Notes under the pieces: generated by a model
What the model was told of the DNA's origin: nothing
Seen by the model: only the letters and a program-made list of their open reading frames with translations
The model's database searches: none
Translations under genes and position numbers: made by a program
IMG/VR virus record: IMGVR_UViG_3300005077_000489
Location: 128,001-192,000 of that record
DNA length: 64,000 bases
Strand: one strand, 5' to 3'
From: a virus
Lineage: Duplodnaviria; Caudoviricetes
In this document: positions 48,796 through 58,063 of the stretch, piece after piece
Numbering within the stretch: the stretch's first letter is position 1
How the letters are laid out: each line of letters opens with the position of its first letter

Positions 48796-50744
48796 AAATA
48801 GTTGCTACCCAAGAAGGTATAGAAATAAACGGTGTATTTCTAAGTAATACATGGGAGATACAAACTTTTATTAATGCACATGCCCCTAGTGATTTGCAGG
48901 TTGGTATTGGAGCAGTAAACCCTATTGACTTACATGTGTTTTTCCGTGGTGTTTACTCATTTCCACTCCACGATTTATATGTAGATTTGGGTATTATTAG
49001 TCCTAAAGATTTGGAAGTAAACCTAGGTATAAACTTACCCATGACCCTTGCGGCAGTAATTGACAGCCACTTGCCAAGGGATTTATTAATTAGTACGTAC
49101 GCGGTGGCTCCACATGATTTATATGTAGAATTCTGGATTGCACACCACCATTATCTTGAATCCTTTATTAATTCTCACTCACCTGTAGATTTGCCTATAA
49201 ACTTTGGGATATTTAATATTTTAGCCTTGTCCGGTTACATTGGTGCTCATCCGCCGATGGATTTAGCGACGCTCTTACGTGTTGTGAAGACCGGGAACAG
49301 AGCACTCACTATTTATTTAGCTGCTAATAAAACTGGAATGTTAGATTTGACTTTAGATATGTATATTTGGGGGATGAGGCAGTTGGATGTGAATCTAGGC
49401 GGGCATCTACCAGAAGATTTAGATGTGGATGTATGGGTTTGGGGGTATCACGATTTACCTGCGTTAATAGAAACTGCATATCCGAGCACTTTAGCAGTAG
49501 ATATTATTCCTACACCAGAAGAGGGAGTTGATTTAAGGGTTCTTCATAGTGCCTCGCATACATCTTACTTTTCTGTTGTATTTGATACGTGGACTACATG
49601 GAAAGAATTAGCTGTTAATTTACTAGGTTTATATTCATACAATCTCGACGTTAATTTTACAATGGGCGGTTACTTACCATTGTATATTGATGTTCCTATG
49701 ACCACAGGATACAAAAATTTATTTGTAACATTAAAACCTTCTTCTAGAGTACAAACCACATTCATACCTATTTATACTATGGAAATAAGAGACTTAATAA
49801 TATCAATCAACCAAGGGTGGCCTTGTGGGTTCGGCTCATCATACAGATTATTAGAAGTTTATTGTAATCCTTCTTATTTCCTTAACTTCTCTGTCCCTTT
49901 CAAGGTCATACACGGGAGTGGTAACCCAGTCTTAGGTACATATATAAACAAACCTTATTTTGATACTTACATCAGGACTTATGCTTTGGAGTTTTGGTTA
50001 CCCGAGGATATTGTTTATCCTGATACTTTTATATCTGATGAAGTTGGTATAGTGTACGATAATGAGTTTGACGAAATAACTCAAGAAATTATAACTATTA
50101 ATTTCTCTTGGCCACGTTTCAGAAGATCAACAGGTAATCTTAATTTTTCAGTTTATGTAACCCCTTATAAACAAGACAAGTGGTATTCATTAAATGTTAT
50201 GCTTAGGGCAGTAAAACCAGATTTACCAATTATGCCACAATCGCAACCCTTAGTGCAACGAGACGGATATGCGGAGCCTGTCTGGCCACATGTGTTCCAA
50301 GTAAAAGAAATAGAACTCTGGTCAGAAGATTCATCGGAGATAGTGAGGGTGATAGAGTTAATGTTTGGTGAGCAAGTACGTAAATATTACTGGTTGTCCA
50401 GAACACAAACAGCATATGCTGCAGATGTCTTTGAGAGATGGACCCTGCTTGCCAGTGGTTATTTACCACACGCTGAATATAGTGGTCAGATAGATTATGT
50501 TACAATGCGAGAAATTAGTGACATGAAAAGATATAGCACAGTTGATGCTGCTGTGAAGGCTCTTCTATCTAATTTTCTTTACAGCGACCTGAAAAATCTA
50601 GAAGTTTCATTAATAGCCTCGGGAGGATACCACCTACTAAATATATATATGGACATATGGGGTAGAAACAGATTTAATAATCTATCAGTTAAAATAGAAC
50701 CTATGCATCCATGTGACCTTGAAGTCTCGATAACTTGTGTGTAA
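48792..50744 (+). CDS. Fibre/beta-solenoid-like protein with ~12-residue repeats (~650 aa)
   Basis: GGAGGT RBS and GTGA overlap favour the GTG at 48792. More than 20 repeats of x-D-L-x-V-x-I-x-x-x-x-P. Confidence 0.75.
   Translation: MKIVATQEGIEINGVFLSNTWEIQTFINAHAPSDLQVGIGAVNPIDLHVFFRGVYSFPLHDLYVDLGIISPKDLEVNLGINLPMTLAAVIDSHLPRDLLISTYAVAPHDLYVEFWIAHHHYLESFINSHSPVDLPINFGIFNILALSGYIGAHPPMDLATLLRVVKTGNRALTIYLAANKTGMLDLTLDMYIWGMRQLDVNLGGHLPEDLDVDVWVWGYHDLPALIETAYPSTLAVDIIPTPEEGVDLRVLHSASHTSYFSVVFDTWTTWKELAVNLLGLYSYNLDVNFTMGGYLPLYIDVPMTTGYKNLFVTLKPSSRVQTTFIPIYTMEIRDLIISINQGWPCGFGSSYRLLEVYCNPSYFLNFSVPFKVIHGSGNPVLGTYINKPYFDTYIRTYALEFWLPEDIVYPDTFISDEVGIVYDNEFDEITQEIITINFSWPRFRRSTGNLNFSVYVTPYKQDKWYSLNVMLRAVKPDLPIMPQSQPLVQRDGYAEPVWPHVFQVKEIELWSEDSSEIVRVIELMFGEQVRKYYWLSRTQTAYAADVFERWTLLASGYLPHAEYSGQIDYVTMREISDMKRYSTVDAAVKALLSNFLYSDLKNLEVSLIASGGYHLLNIYMDIWGRNRFNNLSVKIEPMHPCDLEVSITCV
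48849..49740 (+). repeat. Degenerate 12-aa (36-nt) tandem repeat array within the CDS
   Basis: SDLQVGIGAVNP, HDLYVDLGIISP, KDLEVNLGINLP, RDLLISTYAVAP, VDLPINFGIFNI, RQLDVNLGGHLP, EDLDVDVWVWGY, HDLPALIETAYP, etc. Confidence 0.85.
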
Positions 50745-51017
50745 ATTTTTTTTACTTTAAATTCTGGTAGTTTATAAATTTTTGGCAAAAAAACTGCTAG
50801 TAGAGATCGATTTGTGTACTATATTAATTATAAGAAACTTGAAAAAAATATATATTATATATATGTACATATAAGAAGAATATGGGGAGAGAGGGGAGGG
50901 AGTGTAACGACCGAGGCTCTCATCACAGTTTAAGAAAATTATAGAGTAGAGTTGAAAGTGTGTACTATATACTATATAGTGGGTGTAAAAATGTTTTTTT
51001 ATATAAGAGGTTAATAT
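50745..51017. other. AT-rich intergenic control region between the structural and replication modules
   Basis: 273-bp gap with T-runs, (TA)n tracts, and palindromes TATATGTACATATA (50860-73) and ACTATATAGT (50971-80). Confidence 0.7.
50952..50980 (+). promoter_or_regulatory. sigma70-type promoter for the replication module
   Basis: TTGAAA (50952-57), 17-bp spacer, TATAGT (50975-80); AGAGG RBS before the ATG at 51018. Confidence 0.6.
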
Positions 51018-52196
51018 ATGCACGTTGTAGTTCCTACCTTTGATTTTATTAGAATGCTGAACAATCTTAAGCCATTAAAAACCCTAGTAACCACAGGATT
51101 TGAGTTTGCGGTGTACACACTGGAGACACAAGGTTCTGATAAATTGAAACTCATTGTTGGTGATGGTACGAATTTAATGGCTTCTACAGAGATATTTGCA
51201 GACGTAAAAAAGGAAGGCAAGTTAAGTGTTAATGGTAATGATTTCTTGCAACTCATGTCTAAAATTCATCCGGATGCAAGAGGAGCAGGTTCCAAAGAGA
51301 TAGAGTTAAAAACTACTAGTACTAAGCTACATGTAAAGACTTATACTAATTATGTGGGTGCTAAAAAGGCTGTAGAAAATAAAAGAGAATTTAGTTTGCT
51401 AACTAAAGACTTAGTAGCAAAAGAGACCTTGCAAAAGACTGAATATGAATTTAAAATAAAGGCTGTATTCATGTCTGAAATTTTTAAAGTTTTAAGTAGA
51501 ATGGTATCTGCTTATACATCTGACATAGCCGGATTATCAGGTGTTTTGTTAAGGGTCAAAGATAAGATGCTGCGTTTCGTGGTGTCCGATGGCAAACGAA
51601 TACTAGAGGTATTTTTTCCAGAAGCCGTCAATTGTAATGATGTAGATGTGATACTTCCTAAAATTACTTGTCTATTATTGCAAACTTTATTGATGGAGGG
51701 TGATACGTTAAAAATATCTTATGACGGTAACCGCCAAATTAAATTTGAGATAGATACGCAAGGATTAAAGACAGTAGTCATGTCAGGAATAATAGTTGCT
51801 TATTTTCCCCCTTACGAGAGTATATTTAATAACACAGGTGAAGTCTTAACTATGGACGTATCTATTTTGACGGATAATATTACTAATATCCGTAGAGCAA
51901 TAGATGACGAAGCATTTCGTATACATATAAAGTTTGACGGGGATACCTTAGCATTAGGTAACTACAATTATTCTGACGGTCACATAAATTTTTCTAATAG
52001 TAATATCCCAGTCGTTTCTTCTTCATCAAGCGGTTTTGAAGTATTACTAAATGCCTTTTTATTAGAAAGTCTTATTTCTCTAATACCTGCAGAAAGTATA
52101 ACACTTATAATACCGGAAAATCAACCTATTATCTTGGATAATTGTGATAATTCTTTGAGAGTAAGAGCTGCCTTGGCACGTGCCATAGCAGACTAG
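51018..52196 (+). CDS. dnaN: DNA polymerase III beta-like sliding clamp
   Basis: 392 aa three-domain size. LSGVLL...LRFVVSDGKRI, YFPPYESIF and LLNAFLLESL correspond to the DnaN motifs ATDGHRL, YPDY and FNxxYLLD. Confidence 0.85.
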   Translation: MHVVVPTFDFIRMLNNLKPLKTLVTTGFEFAVYTLETQGSDKLKLIVGDGTNLMASTEIFADVKKEGKLSVNGNDFLQLMSKIHPDARGAGSKEIELKTTSTKLHVKTYTNYVGAKKAVENKREFSLLTKDLVAKETLQKTEYEFKIKAVFMSEIFKVLSRMVSAYTSDIAGLSGVLLRVKDKMLRFVVSDGKRILEVFFPEAVNCNDVDVILPKITCLLLQTLLMEGDTLKISYDGNRQIKFEIDTQGLKTVVMSGIIVAYFPPYESIFNNTGEVLTMDVSILTDNITNIRRAIDDEAFRIHIKFDGDTLALGNYNYSDGHINFSNSNIPVVSSSSSGFEVLLNAFLLESLISLIPAESITLIIPENQPIILDNCDNSLRVRAALARAIAD

Positions 52197-52208
52197 TGAG
52201 GAGGCTAA

Positions 52209-52895
52209 ATGGCACGACCAAAGAAACCCACTAAAGATGCCGGGTTGTTTAGTGGTGAGGATTTTGAGAAAAAATGTATTTCGTATTTGCATGAGAATGG
52301 TTATGCTATATTCAAGGCAGACGATATACATAATATTGATGAGGCTGAGTGTGTGCGTAAACTGAGAATGGTGGGGTATCGCGTAGAACATATTCGAGAT
52401 TCTTTGGTAAAGGTGGATACGGAAAAGATAATATCTGCTGATGACATTGTATTATACTTTTATGAGTTTTTAAAAAGATATAATCGTTCTTGGTTCGACC
52501 CGGATAAGTTGAGTAACAAAGAGCACCGTAAGATAGATTGTAGTGTCGTTAATTCTTATCTTAGATGGCGAGTAGACTCCGGAGATATCGCTTTGAATGA
52601 TGCTATGAAGGAGTTATTTCTACTGATAGATACTTTGTTTGAAAAAGCGAATGAATGGGGAATAGAAGTCAGGGGGATAGGGATACTAAGCATCAATACT
52701 AATAAATCTTTTGTGATGTCCTTACTAAGGGAAGCCAATCTTAAAAAAGATAATACGTTAGAATACGAGGTAGAGGTATTGATAAATGAACCCGATAAAG
52801 TTACCTATTTAAATCTGCTAGATAAAGCCAAAAAAGAAATGAGAGCAGCCACGAGACCTATAAAAACAAGACGTAAAAAAATATCATTGAGGTAG
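52209..52895 (+). CDS. Hypothetical protein (228 aa)
   Basis: GAGGAGG RBS; short internal repeat (CISYLHENGYAI / CVRKLRMVGYRV); no family recognised. Confidence 0.7.
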   Translation: MARPKKPTKDAGLFSGEDFEKKCISYLHENGYAIFKADDIHNIDEAECVRKLRMVGYRVEHIRDSLVKVDTEKIISADDIVLYFYEFLKRYNRSWFDPDKLSNKEHRKIDCSVVNSYLRWRVDSGDIALNDAMKELFLLIDTLFEKANEWGIEVRGIGILSINTNKSFVMSLLREANLKKDNTLEYEVEVLINEPDKVTYLNLLDKAKKEMRAATRPIKTRRKKISLR

Positions 52896-52903
52896 TCAAC
52901 TAG

Positions 52904-54124
52904 ATGTCTAAAAAAGAAAAAGATAAAGAAAAAAATAAGAAAGAGCCAGAGAAGAAAGAAAAGATTAAAAAGGCAAAAGAAGAACCTACAGATGTAATCT
53001 CAATAGACCCAAAGAAAGCATTTAAATTAGTCTCAGACCAAGTGGACAAAGATTTTAATAATGCTTTTCATGCATGGGCTTATGAGGAAGAAAAAATTAT
53101 CCAGAGACGTTTTAGTAGCGGATCAATAGGTGCTGATGTCGCACTAGGTGGTTATGGGTTACCACATGGTAGAATTATTGAACTATGGGGTCCATCACAA
53201 AGCGGTAAAACTAGCCTAGCCTTAGATATTGCATGGCACCTTCAGAAACAAACAGGTCTAGCTGTAGTCTTTTTTGATTTGGAGCATAAGTTTGATAAGA
53301 CTTTATTTTGGCGTTGGCGTGGCGAAGGCTTCGATAGAGAAATGACAAAATATGAGGAACCCTTCACCGGGGAGGATTTTTTCTCCATGCTGTCCCGCTA
53401 CGTGGAGAGTGAGGCTACCGGCATCATTATAGTAGACAGCGTCAGCGGAATAAAATCTGCGGCAAAACTAGAGAGTGATGACCAGACTACACACTACGGG
53501 GCACAGGCTAATTTAATAGCTCAGTACTTACCCAAGATTTCCGGTTCAGCAGCTAGAACCGGAGTTCCCATGATTTTTATTAATCAAGTCAGGGCTAATA
53601 TGGAAGCTCATAGGATGGCTAAGAAAAAGATTAAGATATTAAGGAAGGGTGGAGGCTTTGCTTTTGACCATTGGATTGCTATTTCTTTATTTGTTGATAG
53701 AAGCACTATTATAACCGATGGAACTCGTGACTTAGGTCATTGGTCTGTAGTCCATGTATATAAAAATAATTCTGGTGATACATTATTTAAATCATTTAAG
53801 TCTAAATTATATTATGGGTGGGGATATGATACATCGGCTGAGCTGGCAGCACATGCTATTGGTTTGGGTATCTTTCCTAAGACCTCTGAAAAAGGACATC
53901 ATTATATAATTGATGGTAATACGTTGAATGGCGAGGAAGCCGTAGCCGAGTTTTTGAAAGGACGTCCCGATTTATGCCCAGGAATTATAGAAGATATAAG
54001 AGCCATGCATCTATCGGGAAGAAAGGACACGGTTGATAAGTACATATCTCAATTATCTTGGGAGTCAACAGGTAACGAAGGAATTCTTATCATGGATGAG
54101 GAAGAGGACTATTCTGATGAGTGA
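52904..54124 (+). CDS. recA: RecA-family recombinase
   Basis: SSGSIGADVALGGYGLPHGRIIELWGPSQSGKT (Walker A), IIVDSV (Walker B), IFINQVR, GGFAF; K/E-rich N-terminal and acidic C-terminal tails. Confidence 0.95.
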   Translation: MSKKEKDKEKNKKEPEKKEKIKKAKEEPTDVISIDPKKAFKLVSDQVDKDFNNAFHAWAYEEEKIIQRRFSSGSIGADVALGGYGLPHGRIIELWGPSQSGKTSLALDIAWHLQKQTGLAVVFFDLEHKFDKTLFWRWRGEGFDREMTKYEEPFTGEDFFSMLSRYVESEATGIIIVDSVSGIKSAAKLESDDQTTHYGAQANLIAQYLPKISGSAARTGVPMIFINQVRANMEAHRMAKKKIKILRKGGGFAFDHWIAISLFVDRSTIITDGTRDLGHWSVVHVYKNNSGDTLFKSFKSKLYYGWGYDTSAELAAHAIGLGIFPKTSEKGHHYIIDGNTLNGEEAVAEFLKGRPDLCPGIIEDIRAMHLSGRKDTVDKYISQLSWESTGNEGILIMDEEEDYSDE

Positions 54125-54464
54125 TTTGGAAGATAAGATAAAGGAATTATTGAAAGCAGCCTTTCCTAGGGCAACCATTAAAGAACAGTATTTCGTTAAG
54201 TATAATGGTGCCTCTCTAATTTTTGATTTTTATATTCCTTCTGTTGGTGTTCTAGTAGAATGTCAAGGAGCACAACATTATAAATTCGTTGCCCACTTCC
54301 ATGGTACAAAAGATGAGTATGAATCTGCATTAAGAAGGGATAAGTTAAAACAGGAATATGCTCTGAAGAATAAAATGTTTTTATTGGAAATTCCGTATAA
54401 TAAACTACCGGCTAATCATGTCGATTTGTTTAATCAAATTTATGAGGGAGTGAATAATGCCTGA
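54117..54464 (+). CDS. DUF559/Vsr-like PD-(D/E)xK endonuclease
   Basis: EQY...LIFDFYIP...VLVECQGAQH...RDKLKQEY...LLEIPY. ATG at 54117 overlaps the recA stop region. Confidence 0.8.
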   Translation: MSDLEDKIKELLKAAFPRATIKEQYFVKYNGASLIFDFYIPSVGVLVECQGAQHYKFVAHFHGTKDEYESALRRDKLKQEYALKNKMFLLEIPYNKLPANHVDLFNQIYEGVNNA

Positions 54465-54918
54465 AGAATCTCCACTTCGGTTTCCTGACAGTTTATTGGA
54501 AAATTATGCTGATGTAGATAATTTAGTGATGGAAAGTTTTAGTGATAAAACCATATCTAATTTACCATATGAAGATGAAAGAGATATCCGGAGGATGATG
54601 GCGGCTTTGTCTAGATTTTTAGGACATCTACAATTTACATTGAACCTCCATAAAGCCGCGGTGGTTAGACTAAAAAGGCAATTTGAAGGACTAAAGAATA
54701 AGACTGCCGCTACTTTAGATGGGATAACTGACCGGACATCATCTAATGTATTATTAACCAAGGTATATAAAAAAGAACCTAAACTAGAAAAGATACAAGA
54801 GCAGTTGGCAATAGAAGAATCGTGGGTAGAATATTATAATGGGTTACCAGATAGAATTTCTGAGCATATACAAGTATTCAAATATGAGTTACGTAGACGA
54901 GAGGACGGGAGGCAATAA
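54457..54918 (+). CDS. Helical protein, possibly a UvsY-like recombination mediator
   Basis: 153 aa amphipathic/coiled-coil protein near recA. The UvsY assignment rests on size and context only. Confidence 0.35.
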   Translation: MPEESPLRFPDSLLENYADVDNLVMESFSDKTISNLPYEDERDIRRMMAALSRFLGHLQFTLNLHKAAVVRLKRQFEGLKNKTAATLDGITDRTSSNVLLTKVYKKEPKLEKIQEQLAIEESWVEYYNGLPDRISEHIQVFKYELRRREDGRQ

Positions 54919-54920
54919 TA

Positions 54921-56366
54921 GTGCAAAACACATTCGAGCATAAACACACTGAAAGAGCCCTATTAGCATGCATTCTACAGAAACCGGACCTCCTTATAGA
55001 GTTGGATAATACTTTTGGTTTAGATGCATTCAAGTCTCCTATTAATAAGACTATTCTAGAAGAGGCTCTAAGATTATATGAAATGGGCTATTCTAGATTG
55101 GATAACGAATTGATATTTAATGCCGTGTTTATGCGCGGGTTGCCGGATTTAACCAATGAACAAATTGTCAGTTATATAAATTCATTATTACAGGCAAACG
55201 TACATGAAGTTAATTTCCATTCTTACCTAAATGATTTGTTCGATGTACACATGAAAGACCGATTGAATACAATTCTTACTTCTAATACAGGAAGATTGTA
55301 TACAGAACGTGAAAAAACCCCCGCATTAGAATTGATCGGATCTGTTCAGAATCAATTATATACTATAGACAATAGGATTGGTACAGAGGACGTAGTAGAT
55401 GTATTTGCTAGTATGCGTGATACTGTCTTAGAACGTAGGGAAAATCCGGAACAATTCAGGGGTATAAGTACCGGTTTTCCATTATTAGATCAGATTATTT
55501 TGGGGTGGTTAAAAACTAAATTCTACTTTGTTTCTGCCCGACCTTCAGTAGGTAAATCCACGCTGTTAATGCAGTGGGCTATAAAAGGATTGTTATATTC
55601 TAAACAAGATGTACGCGTGTTATATTTGGATACCGAAATAGGAGGATCTGAGTTTACTATACGAACCGCTGCCCATATATCCGCTGTTAATGGATTAAAA
55701 TTACTCGCTGGTGAACAATTAGATGAAAAGTCCATGGATGTGTTGAATAGGTCCTTCGATTTTGTAGAGCAATATAAAGATGTTTTTCACCACAAATATA
55801 TACCAGGCTTTAAACGGAGTCAGGTAATAAATCTTATTAAAAAATATGTATATAATCATGGAGTTAATTTAGTTGTGTTGGATTATATCAAAGAACCGGA
55901 GGGCGGTGAGGAAAACAGAGCCGGGTGGCAAGTAGTAGGAGATTTAGCCAGGAATTTTAAAGATACGATGGGCGAATTAGATATTACTGGGTTGTCTGCC
56001 CTCCAACAAAACAGAAAAGGTGAGGGGAAAAGTAGGGTAGAGGGTGAAGCCTTTGCAGAATCCGATAGAGTTTTACAGTATTCAGATGTGGCATTCATGT
56101 TGAATCGGAAGTCTGGTAAAGAAGTGAAGGAAGAAGGGATAGAGGCGGGTACCCATAGATTACAATTACACAAAGCGAGATATACTAAAAGATTATACAA
56201 TGGTATTAATCTGCGGTTTTACGGGCATTGCTTCAGATTTGAAGAAGCAGCATTACAACAAACGATAGGGAATACAGAGGATGCAGAGCCAGTTACAATT
56301 GAAGAAGAGACCCCACTCCCCAAGGCGACATATGGAGCAATCGAACCACTCTTTAAAATTGGATAG
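54921..56366 (+). CDS. dnaB: Replicative DNA helicase DnaB
   Basis: TERALLACIL N-domain, GISTGFPLLD, ARPSVGKS Walker A, LVVLDYI, ALQQNR, ESDRVLQYSD, LHKARY. Confidence 0.95.
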   Translation: MQNTFEHKHTERALLACILQKPDLLIELDNTFGLDAFKSPINKTILEEALRLYEMGYSRLDNELIFNAVFMRGLPDLTNEQIVSYINSLLQANVHEVNFHSYLNDLFDVHMKDRLNTILTSNTGRLYTEREKTPALELIGSVQNQLYTIDNRIGTEDVVDVFASMRDTVLERRENPEQFRGISTGFPLLDQIILGWLKTKFYFVSARPSVGKSTLLMQWAIKGLLYSKQDVRVLYLDTEIGGSEFTIRTAAHISAVNGLKLLAGEQLDEKSMDVLNRSFDFVEQYKDVFHHKYIPGFKRSQVINLIKKYVYNHGVNLVVLDYIKEPEGGEENRAGWQVVGDLARNFKDTMGELDITGLSALQQNRKGEGKSRVEGEAFAESDRVLQYSDVAFMLNRKSGKEVKEEGIEAGTHRLQLHKARYTKRLYNGINLRFYGHCFRFEEAALQQTIGNTEDAEPVTIEEETPLPKATYGAIEPLFKIG

Positions 56367-57393
56367 AGGTATTATAGAATACATCAAACAAGTAGTAGAC
56401 CCGGAATTGATTGCTTCTAGTCTGGGTATCTCTGGGGATAGACGTTATGGTAATACTATACGTACCACATGTCCGTTTCATGCAAGTGAGAACAAGACTA
56501 CTTTTTCATTAAATTTAGATACCGGAAATTGGTCATGTTTTTCTAATGGTTGCCACCATGGTTATAGTGATATAATAGGGTTGGTACAATTATCTAAGGG
56601 TATAAATTTTGTTGAGTCCATAAAATATATAGCGGCATTAGCCGGTATAGATTTAACTAGTGATTATACAGAGCAGGCAGAGTCAGCTCTTAGACGAAAA
56701 GATGTTACTGATTTTATTAGGCGTGTTAAAAAATCTAAAGTAGAGATGGATTTGTGTACTATATCTAATATAGAGGAAGAAATTTTTAAATGGGTACAAA
56801 ATAGAACCAGTTACTTTTATGATAGAGGCTACCGTTATGATATACAAGATTATTTTGAAATAGGTGCTAATGTAGATAGATACGGAGTACCACGAGCCTG
56901 CTTCCCTATAAGGGATGAGAACGGAAAGGTTGTTGCGTGGGATGGACGGCGGCTAGATGGGGATGAAGAACCTAGATATTTTGTGCAACCAGAAGGATTT
57001 GTGAAGGGTAAAGTATTTTACCATTATCATAAGGCAAAACATTATGTAAGAGTTTTTGATGGTATATTATTTGTAGTAGAGGGTTACAAAGCTTGTTGGT
57101 CTATGTTCCAAGCAGGTTACATTAATACGGTTGCTTGTATGGGAGCAGGATTCCAAGGGGACCAAAAGAATATTTTGTTGAGGGATTTACATATTAGAGA
57201 AGTAGTGCTCTGTTTAGACGGGGATATTGCAGGGAAAAATGGAACCGCCAGAGCACAGAGGGAACTTGGTCATTTGCTTAACTTATCTGTAGTAGAAATG
57301 CCGGATGAGCAAGACCCCAGTACCTTGGACTTAAAAACATTACACACACTTATATTAAACAGAAAGGGAGTTAATCATGGAAACGCTACATAA
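56332..57393 (+). CDS. dnaG: DnaG-type primase (CHC2 Zn finger plus TOPRIM, no helicase-binding C-domain)
   Basis: CPFHASE...WSCFSNGCH; FPIRD.NG.VVAWDGR; VVEGY; LCLDGDIAG. Start codon uncertain (56281/56332/later). Confidence 0.92.
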   Translation: MEQSNHSLKLDRGIIEYIKQVVDPELIASSLGISGDRRYGNTIRTTCPFHASENKTTFSLNLDTGNWSCFSNGCHHGYSDIIGLVQLSKGINFVESIKYIAALAGIDLTSDYTEQAESALRRKDVTDFIRRVKKSKVEMDLCTISNIEEEIFKWVQNRTSYFYDRGYRYDIQDYFEIGANVDRYGVPRACFPIRDENGKVVAWDGRRLDGDEEPRYFVQPEGFVKGKVFYHYHKAKHYVRVFDGILFVVEGYKACWSMFQAGYINTVACMGAGFQGDQKNILLRDLHIREVVLCLDGDIAGKNGTARAQRELGHLLNLSVVEMPDEQDPSTLDLKTLHTLILNRKGVNHGNAT

Positions 57394-58051
57394 TCCATAT
57401 CAAAACGGGCAAACAACACCACCGAATCAAGAAGGACAGGGTCAATATAACCCTCAGCAAGGTCAACAGTATGTCCCCCAACAGAATACCGGACAGTATA
57501 ACCCACAGCAAGGACAGCAATATGTACCACAACCAGCATCTATGCCACAACCAGCACCGCAGCAACAGGCACCTGTGCCGCCTGCTCCACAACCGGGTCA
57601 ACAGTGGTCGGGTCAACAGAGTGGTGCGTGGCCACAAGGGCAACCAGCACAGCAGTATACACGTGTAGAAAATACAAAGTTAGGTACTATTACAGGTCAA
57701 GCGTTACAAGGTTTGAATGTTATTACTATAGATGGGTATTTGAACAATCCTAAGCTCACTACTACTGCAAATGGTTTTGTCCGACTTAATATGTTTATTG
57801 TGTGGGAACAACCACAGTTTGATAACGAAGGTAACAGACGTGTTGACCCAACCACGGGTAGATATGAAACGAGGGATATGAAATTTATGTGTCAGGCTTG
57901 GGGAAATATTGCTCAAGAATTAGGTAATTTACCTGTCGGTACACCGGTACAGATTACGGGTCAACTTAATGTTTGGAACGCTGAACGAAATAGAAATGCT
58001 CCTGCTAAGTGGGTTACCGACATAAAAATAATTAGTTACAAACAATTATAA
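57377..58051 (+). CDS. ssb: Single-stranded DNA-binding protein with an N-terminal Q/P-rich extension
   Basis: C-terminal OB fold VITIDGYL.NP...FMCQAWGNIAQEL.NLPVGTPVQITGQL; first ~95 aa are Q/P/G/Y low complexity. Confidence 0.8.
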   Translation: METLHNPYQNGQTTPPNQEGQGQYNPQQGQQYVPQQNTGQYNPQQGQQYVPQPASMPQPAPQQQAPVPPAPQPGQQWSGQQSGAWPQGQPAQQYTRVENTKLGTITGQALQGLNVITIDGYLNNPKLTTTANGFVRLNMFIVWEQPQFDNEGNRRVDPTTGRYETRDMKFMCQAWGNIAQELGNLPVGTPVQITGQLNVWNAERNRNAPAKWVTDIKIISYKQL

Positions 58052-58063
58052 GCCGGAGTTAAT

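Noticed and set aside
1-50744. Diversity-generating retroelement acting on the lectin/propeller genes
   Set aside because: No reverse transcriptase and no near-identical TR/VR pair with A-specific mismatches was seen; the paralogs are too diverged at DNA level.
50839-50870. Second sigma70 promoter at TTGAAA 50839
   Set aside because: No good -10 hexamer at 16-18-bp spacing; TATA-like matches are expected by chance in a (TA)n tract.
50745-51017. tRNA or other structured RNA gene in the intergenic gap
   Set aside because: No cloverleaf, T-loop (GTTCRA) or GC-rich stems are visible.
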